Assembly (NCBI GenBank): GCA_001768565.1
Contig: MEOE01000014.1
Coordinates: 82,267 to 146,266 of the forward strand
DNA from: Bacteroidetes bacterium GWF2_33_16
GTDB lineage: Bacteria > Bacteroidota > Bacteroidia > Bacteroidales > UBA12077
Length of the DNA stretch: 64,000 nt
Direction of reading: 5' to 3'
Shown here: piece after piece, positions 49,654 through 59,382 of the stretch
Layout of the letters: each line of letters opens with the position of its first letter
How positions within the stretch are numbered: position 1 is the first letter of the stretch
Translations under genes and position numbers: made by a program
Notes under the pieces: generated by a model
Databases searched by the model: none
Seen by the model: the letters and a program-made list of their open reading frames with translations, nothing else
Told to the model about the DNA's origin: nothing

Positions 49654-50235
49654 ATGGAAAAGAATTTTTTTGCACACGAGACATCAGTAATAGATGAAGG
49701 ATGTCAAATTGGTGATGGCACCAAAATATGGCACTTTTCGCATATAATGACTAATTGCAGAATAGGTAAGAATTGTAATATTGGTCAAAATGTTGTTGTA
49801 TCGCCCGAGGTTATTTTAGGTGATAAAGTAAAAGTACAGAATAATGTTTCAATTTATACCGGAGTTATTTGTGAAGATGATGTTTTTTTAGGTCCATCAA
49901 TGGTATTCACCAATATAACAAATCCAAGAAGTGCAATAATTAGAAAAGATAAATACGAGACTACTTTAGTAAAGAAGGGTGCTAGTATAGGCGCAAATGC
50001 AACTATTGTTTGTGGAAATACAATCGGTGAATATTCTTTTATTGGGGCTGGAACAGTCGTAACAAAAGATGTTAAACCCTATGCACTGGTTGTAGGAAAC
50101 CCTGGGAGACAAATTGGATGGATGAGTGAATATGGTCATAAATTAGAATTTAATAAAGATGGAATAGCTGAATGCCCTGAAGGTAAAGAAAAGTATTTAT
50201 TAAAAAATAATACAGTAGAAAAAATAAATATATAA
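49654..50235 (+). CDS. Left-handed beta-helix N-acetyltransferase (WbpD-like)
   Basis: Hexapeptide repeats throughout ([29 protein letters not shown]...). Starts 1 nt after the aminotransferase. Confidence 0.8.
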   Translation: MEKNFFAHETSVIDEGCQIGDGTKIWHFSHIMTNCRIGKNCNIGQNVVVSPEVILGDKVKVQNNVSIYTGVICEDDVFLGPSMVFTNITNPRSAIIRKDKYETTLVKKGASIGANATIVCGNTIGEYSFIGAGTVVTKDVKPYALVVGNPGRQIGWMSEYGHKLEFNKDGIAECPEGKEKYLLKNNTVEKINI

Positions 50236-50257
50236 TTAAATATAATACGATAATTTT

Positions 50258-51202
50258 ATGACTGAACAAAAGAAGTTTGCCTTGATTGGGGTAGCTGGAT
50301 TTATAGCTGGTCGGCATTTAAAAGCAATTAAAGAAACAGATAATATTCTTGTTGCATCACTTGATAAATTCGATAGTGTCGGAACAATTGATAGTTTTTT
50401 TCCTGATTCAGACTTTTTTACCGAGTATGAACGATTTGATAGACACATTGATAAGCTTAAAAGACAAGGTACTAAAATAGATTATGTAAGTATTTGTACC
50501 CCAAATTATTTACATGATTCGCATATTCGATTTGCATTACGTCATGGTGCTGATGCTATCTGCGAAAAACCGGTTGTTCTTAATCCATGGAATATTGATG
50601 CATTGCAGGAGATAGAAAAGGAAACAGGAAAGAAAGTTTATAATATATTACAGTTGAGGTTGCATCCATCTATAATTGCTCTTAAGAAAAAAATTCAAGA
50701 AGGCCCAAAGGACAAAATATATAACGTTGATCTTTCATATATTACATCACGCGGTAAATGGTATTTTATTTCATGGAAGGGTGATATTCAGAAATCAGGT
50801 GGTGTTGCAACAAATATAGGAGTTCATTTTTATGACATGCTCACATGGATTTTTGGAGATGTAACTGAAAACGTTGTTAATATTTCAACTCCATCAAAAG
50901 CTTCAGGAATATTAAAGTTAAAAAATGCAAATGTACGATGGTTCTTAAGCGTTGATTATAATGATATTCCTTTAGAAATTAAAGTAAAAGGACAACGAAC
51001 TTTTAGATCTATTACAGTTGAAGGAGAAGAAATTGAGTTTAGTGAAGGATTTACTAATCTTCATACACTTTCATATATTGAAATTTTAAAAGGTAATGGT
51101 TTTGGACTTGAAGAAACAAAAAAATCAATTCAAACTGTTTACACTATAAGAAATTCTGTTCCAATAGGTTTAAAAGGAGATTATCATCCATTTTGTAAAT
51201 AA
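50258..51202 (+). CDS. Gfo/Idh/MocA-family NAD-dependent sugar oxidoreductase (WbpB-like)
   Basis: N-terminal Rossmann fold FALIGVAGFIAGRHLKAI and the EKP motif (CEKPVVL). Confidence 0.8.
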   Translation: MTEQKKFALIGVAGFIAGRHLKAIKETDNILVASLDKFDSVGTIDSFFPDSDFFTEYERFDRHIDKLKRQGTKIDYVSICTPNYLHDSHIRFALRHGADAICEKPVVLNPWNIDALQEIEKETGKKVYNILQLRLHPSIIALKKKIQEGPKDKIYNVDLSYITSRGKWYFISWKGDIQKSGGVATNIGVHFYDMLTWIFGDVTENVVNISTPSKASGILKLKNANVRWFLSVDYNDIPLEIKVKGQRTFRSITVEGEEIEFSEGFTNLHTLSYIEILKGNGFGLEETKKSIQTVYTIRNSVPIGLKGDYHPFCK

Positions 51203-51230
51203 AAATCATAATTTCTTTAATTTTAAAAAT

Positions 51231-52520
51231 ATGTACAATAAATTAGTAAAAAAAGAGGCCAAGCTTGCTGTGATTGGACTTGGATATGTTGGTCTGCCAA
51301 TTGCTCTCGAATTTGCCAGAAAGATATCCGTTATAGGTTTTGATATTAAACCAGAACGAGTTGAATTAATGAAAAAAGGAGTTGATCCTAGTCGTGAATT
51401 ACCTGCGGAGGCTTTTGATGATTGTGATGTAATGTTTACTTCAAAATTAAATGATCTAAAAGCAGCTCAATTTTATATTATAGCTGTTCCTACTCCAATT
51501 GATGATCATAATTTGCCTGACCTTACCCCTGTTATCTTGGCTTCTGAAACAGTAGGTAAAGTTCTTAAAAAAGGAGATTATGTGGTTTATGAATCAACAG
51601 TTTATCCCGGATGTACAGAAGAAGATTGCGTTCCTGTATTAGAAAAAATGTCTGGATTAAAATACATTCAGGATTTTAAGGTTGGTTTTTCACCTGAACG
51701 AATAAATCCAGGTGATAAAGTACATACATTAACTACTATTGTAAAAGTTACATCAGGTTGTGATGCCGAATCGGACGAAAATATTGCAAAAACATACGAA
51801 CTTGTAATTAAGGCAGGAGTTCACAGAGCAAGCTCCATTAAAGTTGCAGAAGCATCTAAAATCATTGAGAACACACAGCGTGATATTAACATTGCCTTTA
51901 TGAACGAGCTTTCGATAATTTTTAACCGTATGGGAATAAATACTTTCGAAGTACTGGAAGCTGCTGGAACAAAATGGAATTTCTTAAAATTTTTCCCCGG
52001 TTTGGTTGGAGGACATTGTATAGGTGTTGATCCTTACTATTTGACTCATAAAGCAAAACAATTAGGTTATCATGCACAAATGATAAATTCTGGTCGTTTT
52101 ATTAACGATTCAATGGGTGGATATATCGCAAAACAGATTGTTAAAAAACTTGTTAAAGCTGGCAAGCACATTCAAAATTCAAAAGTACTTATAATGGGTG
52201 TTACATTTAAGGAGGATGTGAGTGATATTCGAAACTCTAAAGTGGTTGATGTTTACCGTGAATTACTTTCCTATGGAGTTGCAGTAGATATTATTGATCC
52301 ATATGCTGATCCTTATGAAGTTAAAGAAGAGTATAATTTTGAAATTGCCAAAGAGCCAGGCAAGAATTATGATGTTGTAATTGCTGCTGTTAGCCATGAT
52401 AAATATAAAGACTTAACTGAAGATTATTTTACCTCAATAACTAATGAAAATGCACTTTTTGTTGATGTTAAAGGAATTTATAGAAACAAAATTAAGAACT
52501 TGAATTATTGGAGTTTGTAG
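51231..52520 (+). CDS. UDP-N-acetyl-hexosamine 6-dehydrogenase (WbpA/TviB/WecC-type nucleotide-sugar dehydrogenase)
   Basis: VIGLGYVGLP Rossmann fold, catalytic GGHCIGVDP, ~429 aa as in the TviB/WbpA group. Exact substrate not resolvable by eye. Confidence 0.8.
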   Translation: MYNKLVKKEAKLAVIGLGYVGLPIALEFARKISVIGFDIKPERVELMKKGVDPSRELPAEAFDDCDVMFTSKLNDLKAAQFYIIAVPTPIDDHNLPDLTPVILASETVGKVLKKGDYVVYESTVYPGCTEEDCVPVLEKMSGLKYIQDFKVGFSPERINPGDKVHTLTTIVKVTSGCDAESDENIAKTYELVIKAGVHRASSIKVAEASKIIENTQRDINIAFMNELSIIFNRMGINTFEVLEAAGTKWNFLKFFPGLVGGHCIGVDPYYLTHKAKQLGYHAQMINSGRFINDSMGGYIAKQIVKKLVKAGKHIQNSKVLIMGVTFKEDVSDIRNSKVVDVYRELLSYGVAVDIIDPYADPYEVKEEYNFEIAKEPGKNYDVVIAAVSHDKYKDLTEDYFTSITNENALFVDVKGIYRNKIKNLNYWSL

Positions 52521-52588
52521 AAAAAGTGAAATCGAAAAATTGAAAAAAGATATATTGATAAATGTTGTAAAGTGTTTTCTATATAAAT

Positions 52589-53578
52589 ATGCAAGAGAGA
52601 ATTATTAAAAACAAAAAAGTACTTGTTACTGGTGGGGCTGGTTTTATAGGTTCTAATTTGTGTGAAGAACTAGTGAGGCAAGATAATAAGGTTGTTTGTC
52701 TTGATAATTTTTCAACAGGATTTAAGCGAAATATTGAAGCTCTTTTTAGCAAGTCAAATTTTACTTTTATTGAAGGGGATATTCGTAATTACGATGATTG
52801 CCAGAGAGCAGTAAGAGGAGTTGAAATAGTTTTGCATCAGGCTGCATTAGGAAGTGTTCCAAGATCAATGAAAGATCCAATGACTACTACTGATGTAAAT
52901 ATTGGAGGCTTTGTTAAAATGCTTTTTGCTGCAAAAGAAGAAGGTGTTAAGCGATTTGTTTATGCGGCAAGTTCCTCCACCTATGGCGACCATCCTGATT
53001 TACCAAAAGTGGAAGATAAAGTAGGGAATCCATTGTCTCCTTACGCAATTACAAAATTTGCTAATGAACTTTATGCTCAAAACTTTTCAAAAATATATGG
53101 AATAGAAACTATTGGTTTAAGGTATTTTAATGTTTTTGGTCGCAAACAGGACTCTAATGGAGCTTATGCAGCTGTTATTCCTAAGTTTGTTAAACTTTTA
53201 ATGGATCATCAAAGTCCGGTAATTAATGGTGACGGAACGCATTCGCGTGATTTTACCTATATAGATAATGTGATTCAGATTAACCAATTAGCTGCATTAA
53301 CAGACAATTCGCAAGCTATCAACCAGGTTTTTAATGTTGCTTGTGGTGAAAATAATAACCTAAACCAAATGGTGGATTATCTCAAAGAATATCTGAGTTT
53401 GTATGATCCTCAAATTAAGAATGTAAATGTAATACATGGGCCTGAGCGAGAAGGAGATATAAAACACTCATTAGCCAGTATTGAAAAAGCCAAAAATCTT
53501 CTTGGCTATAGGCCATCTCATCTATTTAAAGATGGCCTAAAAGTAGCTGTTAATTGGTATTGGGAGAATTTAAGGTGA
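52589..53578 (+). CDS. SDR-family NAD-dependent nucleotide-sugar epimerase (WbpP/TviC-like)
   Basis: VTGGAGFIGSNL, AASSSTYG and the YAITKFANE (YxxxK) catalytic motif. Confidence 0.85.
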   Translation: MQERIIKNKKVLVTGGAGFIGSNLCEELVRQDNKVVCLDNFSTGFKRNIEALFSKSNFTFIEGDIRNYDDCQRAVRGVEIVLHQAALGSVPRSMKDPMTTTDVNIGGFVKMLFAAKEEGVKRFVYAASSSTYGDHPDLPKVEDKVGNPLSPYAITKFANELYAQNFSKIYGIETIGLRYFNVFGRKQDSNGAYAAVIPKFVKLLMDHQSPVINGDGTHSRDFTYIDNVIQINQLAALTDNSQAINQVFNVACGENNNLNQMVDYLKEYLSLYDPQIKNVNVIHGPEREGDIKHSLASIEKAKNLLGYRPSHLFKDGLKVAVNWYWENLR

Positions 53579-53745
53579 TTAAATCTCTTTCATATAAATA
53601 TATTTGAGTTTATTCTAATTAACTTTTTTCTCGGGTACCCATTTCTTTTCTCATTTAATATTACAGTTCATTTGGAATGCAACATATTAGTCATAACAAG
53701 CAGGTTATCTTTAAAGACTGTCTGCCGGACGATTTTGCTTACCGG

Positions 53746-53870
53746 GAAAGGAAAGTAACCGGGCTTCAATTACTCTTCCAGAAATCTTTCTCAGTTACTC
53801 TTCCTTTCTTTTAGCCCTTTCGATCGCGAAAGGTACTAAAGGCTTTCAGGAAGGTAAAACAATCTGAAGA
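53746..53870 (+). other. Cluster of stable hairpins inside a 651-bp ORF-free gap (candidate leader/attenuator or small RNA)
   Basis: The arm gaaaggaaagtaac (53746-53759) can pair with either copy of the direct repeat ttactcttcc (53770-53779; 53795-53804). The longer helix (14 bp, one bulge) is followed by tttctttt. Further hairpins: cctttcg-atcg-cgaaagg (53816-53833) and ttcag/ctgaa (53844-53869). Confidence 0.35.
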
Positions 53871-54229
53871 GAGACGCAATTGCCAATTCAGGCTTTTTCT
53901 TAGTGAATTTTTGCTAGGATTGTCATTTCTGTATAATGCTCAAAAAATATGCATATCCTCACATTGATAAATCAAGATAATTGTGCCGTAGGAATAAACT
54001 ATTGGAAGAATCAATATTATAAAATAAAAAGTGTGCCTTCAGATACACAATAAATACATAAACTACCTTAAAATTGATTTCTGTTAATAAGAATTTATAT
54101 TAAATTTGATGCAATTTGGCAGTAAGCCCCTAAAAGATTATTTTTGTTTTCTTTTTAAAAAGATACATATTTTTTACTTACAATGCTTAGAAGTATCTTT
54201 TTTTTAAATAATAATTAATTTCATTTACG

Positions 54230-55627
54230 ATGAAAGTTGTTAAAAATATTTGTTGTATTGGTGCGGGTTATGTTGGTGGTCCAACCATGGCAGTTATCGC
54301 GCTTAAAAATCCACATATAAAAATTAATGTAGTTGATATTAATCCTGAACGAATTGCTGCGTGGAATACAGATGACTTACCAATCTATGAGCCGGGATTA
54401 TTAGAAGTTGTTAAACTAGCCCGGGGCAAAAATTTGTTTTATAACACAGATATAGACTCAGCAATAAAAGAAGCCGATATGGTTTTTATGAGTGTTAATA
54501 CCCCAACTAAAACTTATGGTGTTGGCAAAGGACGTGCTGCTGATTTAAAATACATTGAACTTTGTGCCCGTCAGATTGCAAGGGTAGCCTTATCTGATAA
54601 AATCGTTGTGGAAAAGTCAACACTACCTGTTCGAACTGCCGAATCAATTAAAGCCATACTGGCAGAATCAAGTAATGGTGTGAAATTTCAAGTGCTTTCA
54701 AATCCTGAATTTTTAGCAGAGGGAACAGCTATAAATGATTTATTGAACCCAGACAGAGTATTAATTGGAGGAGATCAGACTTCTGAGGGATTGGACGCAA
54801 TCGAATCACTGACTTCAATTTACGCAAGTTGGGTACCAAGAGAAAAGATTATTCAAACAAAACTGTGGTCATCTGAACTTTCAAAACTCACTGCGAATGC
54901 ATTTCTTGCACAACGGATTTCGTCGATTAACAGTTTATCGGCATTATGTGAAGTAACCGGAGCTGATGTAGATGAGGTTGCATTTGCGATTGGTTCCGAT
55001 ACGCGAATAGGATCTAAATTCCTAAAAGCGTCTGTAGGTTTTGGTGGATCATGTTTTCAGAAAGATATTTTAAATCTGGTGTATTTGTGCGAATTTTTCG
55101 GTCTGCCAGAGGTAGCTGCGTACTGGGATCAGGTAATTATTATGAATGATTATCAGAAACGAAGATTTGCAAATAATATAATTCAAACATTGTTTAATAC
55201 GATTTCAGGCAAAAAAATTGCACTACTTGGTTGGGCATTTAAGAAGGATACAAATGACACCAGAGAAAGTCCTGCTATTTATGTGACAGATCATCTGTTG
55301 ACCGATATGGCCAATGTATGGGTTTATGATCCAAAAGTTCCTGCAAAAAAAATGTATGATGATTTGGATTATCTTGAAACAAGAGAATCTGATAAAAATA
55401 GAGAGCTACTCAAAGTAGTGGCTGATCCCTATGAAGCATGCAAAAATGCTCATGCAATAGCTGTAATAACAGAGTGGGATGAGTTTAAAGATTACGACTG
55501 GCAAAAGATTTATGATAATATGTTGAAGCCTGCATTTATTTTTGATGGCAGAAATATTTTGAATCAGAATAAGCTAGAAAGAATAGGTTTTAAATTTTAT
55601 GGAATAGGAAAAAGTTTTAATAATTAA
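54230..55627 (+). CDS. ugd: UDP-glucose 6-dehydrogenase (long, eukaryote-like type)
   Basis: [11 protein letters not shown] Rossmann fold, catalytic [24 protein letters not shown]; 465 aa. Confidence 0.9.
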   Translation: MKVVKNICCIGAGYVGGPTMAVIALKNPHIKINVVDINPERIAAWNTDDLPIYEPGLLEVVKLARGKNLFYNTDIDSAIKEADMVFMSVNTPTKTYGVGKGRAADLKYIELCARQIARVALSDKIVVEKSTLPVRTAESIKAILAESSNGVKFQVLSNPEFLAEGTAINDLLNPDRVLIGGDQTSEGLDAIESLTSIYASWVPREKIIQTKLWSSELSKLTANAFLAQRISSINSLSALCEVTGADVDEVAFAIGSDTRIGSKFLKASVGFGGSCFQKDILNLVYLCEFFGLPEVAAYWDQVIIMNDYQKRRFANNIIQTLFNTISGKKIALLGWAFKKDTNDTRESPAIYVTDHLLTDMANVWVYDPKVPAKKMYDDLDYLETRESDKNRELLKVVADPYEACKNAHAIAVITEWDEFKDYDWQKIYDNMLKPAFIFDGRNILNQNKLERIGFKFYGIGKSFNN

Positions 55628-55825
55628 AGTAACGTATTCTTATATAGTTATGAATTTATTTGATTTATTGACAAAATTAAACTTTATTAGTAAAGTTATG
55701 GCCATTAATTGAAATACATCACATTGAAAAGCAAAGTGAGTAAAAGGATTACACTACATTATTTGAAAAAATTAAAGGAGTTTATAAAATAAAATTAAAG
55801 GATTTAATTATGGGGATTTGAAAAC

Positions 55826-55853
55826 ATACAAAATAATAATAATTATTTTGTAT
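55826..55853. repeat. Perfect 12-bp inverted repeat (atacaaaataat-aata-attattttgtat)
   Basis: Read directly; located 60 nt upstream of the wbqC-like start, at the boundary to the most AT-rich part of the locus. Confidence 0.6.
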
Positions 55854-55913
55854 AGAATTAAAAGAATGTTATTTCACATTAATAATTAAGTAATTAATAA
55901 TTTGTTTGTTCGT

Positions 55914-56609
55914 ATGGAAACTGGAAAAAAAATTGCTATTCTACAATCAAATTATATTCCATGGAAAGGTTATTTTGATATAATAAACTCAGTAGACGAG
56001 TTCATTATATATGATGATGTTCAATTTACTAAAAATGATTGGCGAAATAGAAATAAAATTAAAACCAATCAAGGAATTAAATGGATTACAATACCTGTTT
56101 ATAATAGCATAAATAAAAAAATCAGAGAAACAAAAATTACAAATAAAAAATGGAATATTAATCATTGGAACAATTTAGAAACAAATTATTCAAAAGCTAA
56201 ACATTTTGTTGAATTTAAAGATATTATTAAAGAATTATATTTAAATTGTAATTCTGAATATTTAAGTGAAATTAATTTTTATTTTATTCAAAATATTAAT
56301 GACATTTTAGGAATAAAAACAAAGTTAAGTTGGTCTTGGGATTATAATCTGGTTAATGGGAAAACTGAAAGATTAGTAGATTTATGTAAACAATCGAATG
56401 CAACTTTTTATTTATCGGGACCTTCTGCTAAGAATTATATTAATGATTCTTTATTTAAAAATGAAAATATAAAGCTTTTGTGGATGGATTATTCAGGATA
56501 TCCAGAATATAATCAATTATTCCCCCCATTTGAACATGGTGTGAGTATTTTAGATTTGATTTTTAATGAAGGAAAAAATGCCAATACTTTTTTAAAAAGT
56601 TTTATTTAA
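55914..56609 (+). CDS. WbqC-family protein (unknown function, polysaccharide loci)
   Basis: N-terminal KIAILQSNYIPWKGYFDII is the hallmark start of the WbqC-like family as I recall it. ATG 55914 preferred over TTG 55902. Confidence 0.7.
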   Translation: METGKKIAILQSNYIPWKGYFDIINSVDEFIIYDDVQFTKNDWRNRNKIKTNQGIKWITIPVYNSINKKIRETKITNKKWNINHWNNLETNYSKAKHFVEFKDIIKELYLNCNSEYLSEINFYFIQNINDILGIKTKLSWSWDYNLVNGKTERLVDLCKQSNATFYLSGPSAKNYINDSLFKNENIKLLWMDYSGYPEYNQLFPPFEHGVSILDLIFNEGKNANTFLKSFI

Positions 56610-56634
56610 CATTAAGTTTAACCTTTGTTAGACT

Positions 56635-57528
56635 ATGATTAATCTACATATGAAATTATCTGATTTTTTTGATCAACAATTAATAGTTCGTGATAATGAA
56701 TTTAATGTAACATATTCACAATACTTTGAAGCTGAAAAATGTATTGCATATGTTGACAATATTGAATTTCTAAATAAATTGAATTTGAACAAAAATATTA
56801 GTGTAGTTCTTACTAGTAAGGAATTCATTAATTTAATTTCTGATGAAAAAGGTATCGTATTATGTGAAAAACCTAAAGAAGAATTTTTTAAACTTCATAA
56901 TAAATTAGCATTAGAAAAGAAATTTAATCTAGTCAATGAGCATTTTATTCATGAGTCTGCAAAAATTGCTCCAACTGCAATAATTGGGAATAATGTACAA
57001 ATTGGGGCCAATGTTTATATTTGTGATTATGCAATTATTAAAGATAATACAATAATTGGAAATAATACAAGAATTGAATCAAATGCTATTATTGGAGCTG
57101 ATGGAATGCAAACATCTTATATCGAAGATAAAAGTTTTTTCATTGAGCATTTGGGAGGTGTTAAAATAGGAAATTATTGTCATATTTATGAAGGAGCAAT
57201 TATTCAAAAACCGTACCAAGCATATTTTACAGAAATTGGAAATTATTCAAAAATAAGTGTTTATGTTAATGTTGGACATGGATCAAAAATTGGAGAGAAT
57301 ACAGTGCTTGCAGGTGGTGCTCAAATTTCTGGTAATAGTAAAATAGGTAACAATGTTTGGATTGGTCCTTCTGTTACTATTGCAGATAGTATTATAGTTG
57401 GAGATAATGCAAAAGTAAGAATAGGATCTGTTGTTATTAAAAATGTCAAAGATTCCGAAGATATTTCGGGTAATTTTGCTGTCAGTCATAATTCTAATTT
57501 AAAAAACTATTTAAAATTGATAAGATGA
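56635..57528 (+). CDS. LpxD-like left-handed beta-helix acyltransferase (probable acyl-ACP-dependent amino-sugar N-acyltransferase)
   Basis: ~110-aa N-terminal domain followed by hexapeptide repeats (IGNNVQIGANVYICDYAIIKDNTIIGNNTRIESNAIIG...). Neighbours include KAS III and ACP genes. Confidence 0.7.
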   Translation: MINLHMKLSDFFDQQLIVRDNEFNVTYSQYFEAEKCIAYVDNIEFLNKLNLNKNISVVLTSKEFINLISDEKGIVLCEKPKEEFFKLHNKLALEKKFNLVNEHFIHESAKIAPTAIIGNNVQIGANVYICDYAIIKDNTIIGNNTRIESNAIIGADGMQTSYIEDKSFFIEHLGGVKIGNYCHIYEGAIIQKPYQAYFTEIGNYSKISVYVNVGHGSKIGENTVLAGGAQISGNSKIGNNVWIGPSVTIADSIIVGDNAKVRIGSVVIKNVKDSEDISGNFAVSHNSNLKNYLKLIR

Positions 57529-58133
57529 AAGAATCTGTTAATTTAAACTTTAAGTTCAAAGGAACCAGAAATTATGTGCATGGTACCGATATGTATAATG
57601 ATATTAGTAAGTGGATTGAATTAAACGGATATCAAAATATCGAAGGAATTGATATGTCAATCCATAAGATAAGTAAAAAAAATCTTTCTGGTTATATAAC
57701 TGATGAAATAACTACTAAAGACAAAACGAATCCTAATGTAATATTTTCATTTATTTCTAATAAAAATGTTTTTAAAATTGTTTTATTTGAAAATAATGAA
57801 GAAGTTAAGGGTAGCTATGAATACAAGGAAAATGAAATAGTAGAAGCTTCAATAATAGAAGAAGGAGATCAAAAAATATCGTTAAATATTCCAATGGATT
57901 ATACTGCAATCGAAAAAATTGTTGCTATGAATAAAGCATTACATGAACACTTATTAATAAATGCAATTGGGAAATGGTATTTTACTAAGCTTCAACTTAA
58001 TAAAAGTATTTATTTGATAAAACCATCAAAAATAGAAGTAAAACTAATAAAAAATCTAAATAATTATCTAACAAAATCTTACATAAGCATTGATGGAGAT
58101 AAAATAGGTAATATTTTCTTTTCAATAGTTTAA
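57525..58133 (+). CDS. Hypothetical protein (202 aa), translationally coupled to the acyltransferase
   Basis: ATGA overlap with the upstream gene, and 9 nt from the KAS III gene. No motif recognised. Confidence 0.6.
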   Translation: MKESVNLNFKFKGTRNYVHGTDMYNDISKWIELNGYQNIEGIDMSIHKISKKNLSGYITDEITTKDKTNPNVIFSFISNKNVFKIVLFENNEEVKGSYEYKENEIVEASIIEEGDQKISLNIPMDYTAIEKIVAMNKALHEHLLINAIGKWYFTKLQLNKSIYLIKPSKIEVKLIKNLNNYLTKSYISIDGDKIGNIFFSIV

Positions 58134-58142
58134 ATAAAACAA

Positions 58143-59063
58143 ATGATAGGAATACAAGAAATTGCAACATATTTGCCGGAAAAAAGACTATCCAATTTTG
58201 ACCTGGTTAAAAAATTTGAGTTAGAACCAGGTTTCATTGAAAACAAAATAGGAATTAGTTCAGTTTCAATTAAAGAACCTAATGAAGAGGCATCTGACCT
58301 TTGTGTTAAAGCATTCAGGTTACTTGAAGCAAAAACAGAAATTGACAAGTCAAAAATAGACTGTTTAATTGTAGTTACTCAAAATGGAGATTACAATCTA
58401 CCTCATACTTCGGCAATAGTTCACGGAAAACTTGATATGCAAGAGAAATGTGCCTGTTTCGATATCTCTCTTGGTTGTTCAGGATTTGTTTATGGATTAT
58501 CAGTTATTGAATCATTTATGAGCTCTAATAATTATTCTAAAGGTTTATTGTTTACAGCAGATCCATATTCAAAAGTTATTGATAATAATGATAAAAATAC
58601 AAGACTCCTTTTTGGAGATGCTGCAACTGTAACTCTGATTACAAATCAGCCAGTATTAACATCAGGGAAATTTAATTTTGGAACAATTGGAAAAGATTAT
58701 GAAAATTTAATCTGCAAAAATAATATTCTGCAAATGAACGGCAGAATGATATTTAATTTTGCAGCAAAATATGTTCCCGAAGATATTAAGGATTTACTTT
58801 TAAATAATAATATTGAACTTGACGAAATTGATTTATTTGTTTTCCATCAAGGAAGTAAATTTATTGTTGATACAATAACTAAAAGAATGAAAATAGAAAG
58901 CAATAAAGTGCCTTTTAATATTCAGAATTTTGGGAATACTATATCATCTTCAATTCCAATTATTTTAGAAGAAGTAATTGCAAATAAATCAATTAAAAAG
59001 ATTGTTGTTTGCGGTTTTGGTGTTGGACTTTCATGGAGTAGTACAATATTAACTAAAATATAA
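58143..59063 (+). CDS. 3-oxoacyl-ACP synthase III-like (FabH/KAS III family)
   Basis: Cys-His-Asn triad contexts DISLGCSGFVYGL, FVFHQGSKFI and FGNTISSSIP. Confidence 0.85.
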   Translation: MIGIQEIATYLPEKRLSNFDLVKKFELEPGFIENKIGISSVSIKEPNEEASDLCVKAFRLLEAKTEIDKSKIDCLIVVTQNGDYNLPHTSAIVHGKLDMQEKCACFDISLGCSGFVYGLSVIESFMSSNNYSKGLLFTADPYSKVIDNNDKNTRLLFGDAATVTLITNQPVLTSGKFNFGTIGKDYENLICKNNILQMNGRMIFNFAAKYVPEDIKDLLLNNNIELDEIDLFVFHQGSKFIVDTITKRMKIESNKVPFNIQNFGNTISSSIPIILEEVIANKSIKKIVVCGFGVGLSWSSTILTKI

Positions 59064-59073
59064 AATTTAAAAT

Positions 59074-59310
59074 ATGAATGATTTAGAAATAAAAATCAGG
59101 GAAATTATTAAAAAAGAAGTTAGCCCATCAATAGATATTGACAATCTTGATGATGATACAACATTTAAGGATTATGATATTGATTCCTTAGATAGAATGT
59201 CGATTTATCTAGCAATAGAAGAAGAATTTGGACTAAAAGTTCCTGAAGATGAGCTTCCTCTACTTTCATCAATAAATATGATAGCTAAATACATTTTAAG
59301 TAAAAAATAA
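59074..59310 (+). CDS. Dedicated acyl carrier protein
   Basis: 78 aa with the DIDSLDRMSI phosphopantetheine-Ser motif. Confidence 0.8.
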   Translation: MNDLEIKIREIIKKEVSPSIDIDNLDDDTTFKDYDIDSLDRMSIYLAIEEEFGLKVPEDELPLLSSINMIAKYILSKK

Positions 59311-59382
59311 ACTAATCAAATTTTTTTTACTGGATTTTTATTGATTCTAAGGATTTAATGTTTAATATTCAAAAATAATAAA

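Noticed and set aside
53735-53775. Possible RNase P RNA, because aggaaagtaaccgggctt resembles the P4 signature GAGGAAAGUCCGGGCU.
   Set aside because: There is a two-nt insertion within the motif. I found no matching 3' P4 strand (ACAGAAxCCGGCUUA-like) and none of the other universally conserved RNase P elements in the surrounding 400 nt on either strand.
54157-54205. Terminator/attenuator hairpin immediately upstream of ugd (aaaaagatac ... gtatcttttt plus T-run).
   Set aside because: Only 6 bp of the stem are non-A/U-run pairs, the loop is 26 nt, and the T-run is itself part of the stem. This is too weak to call without experimental 3'-end data.
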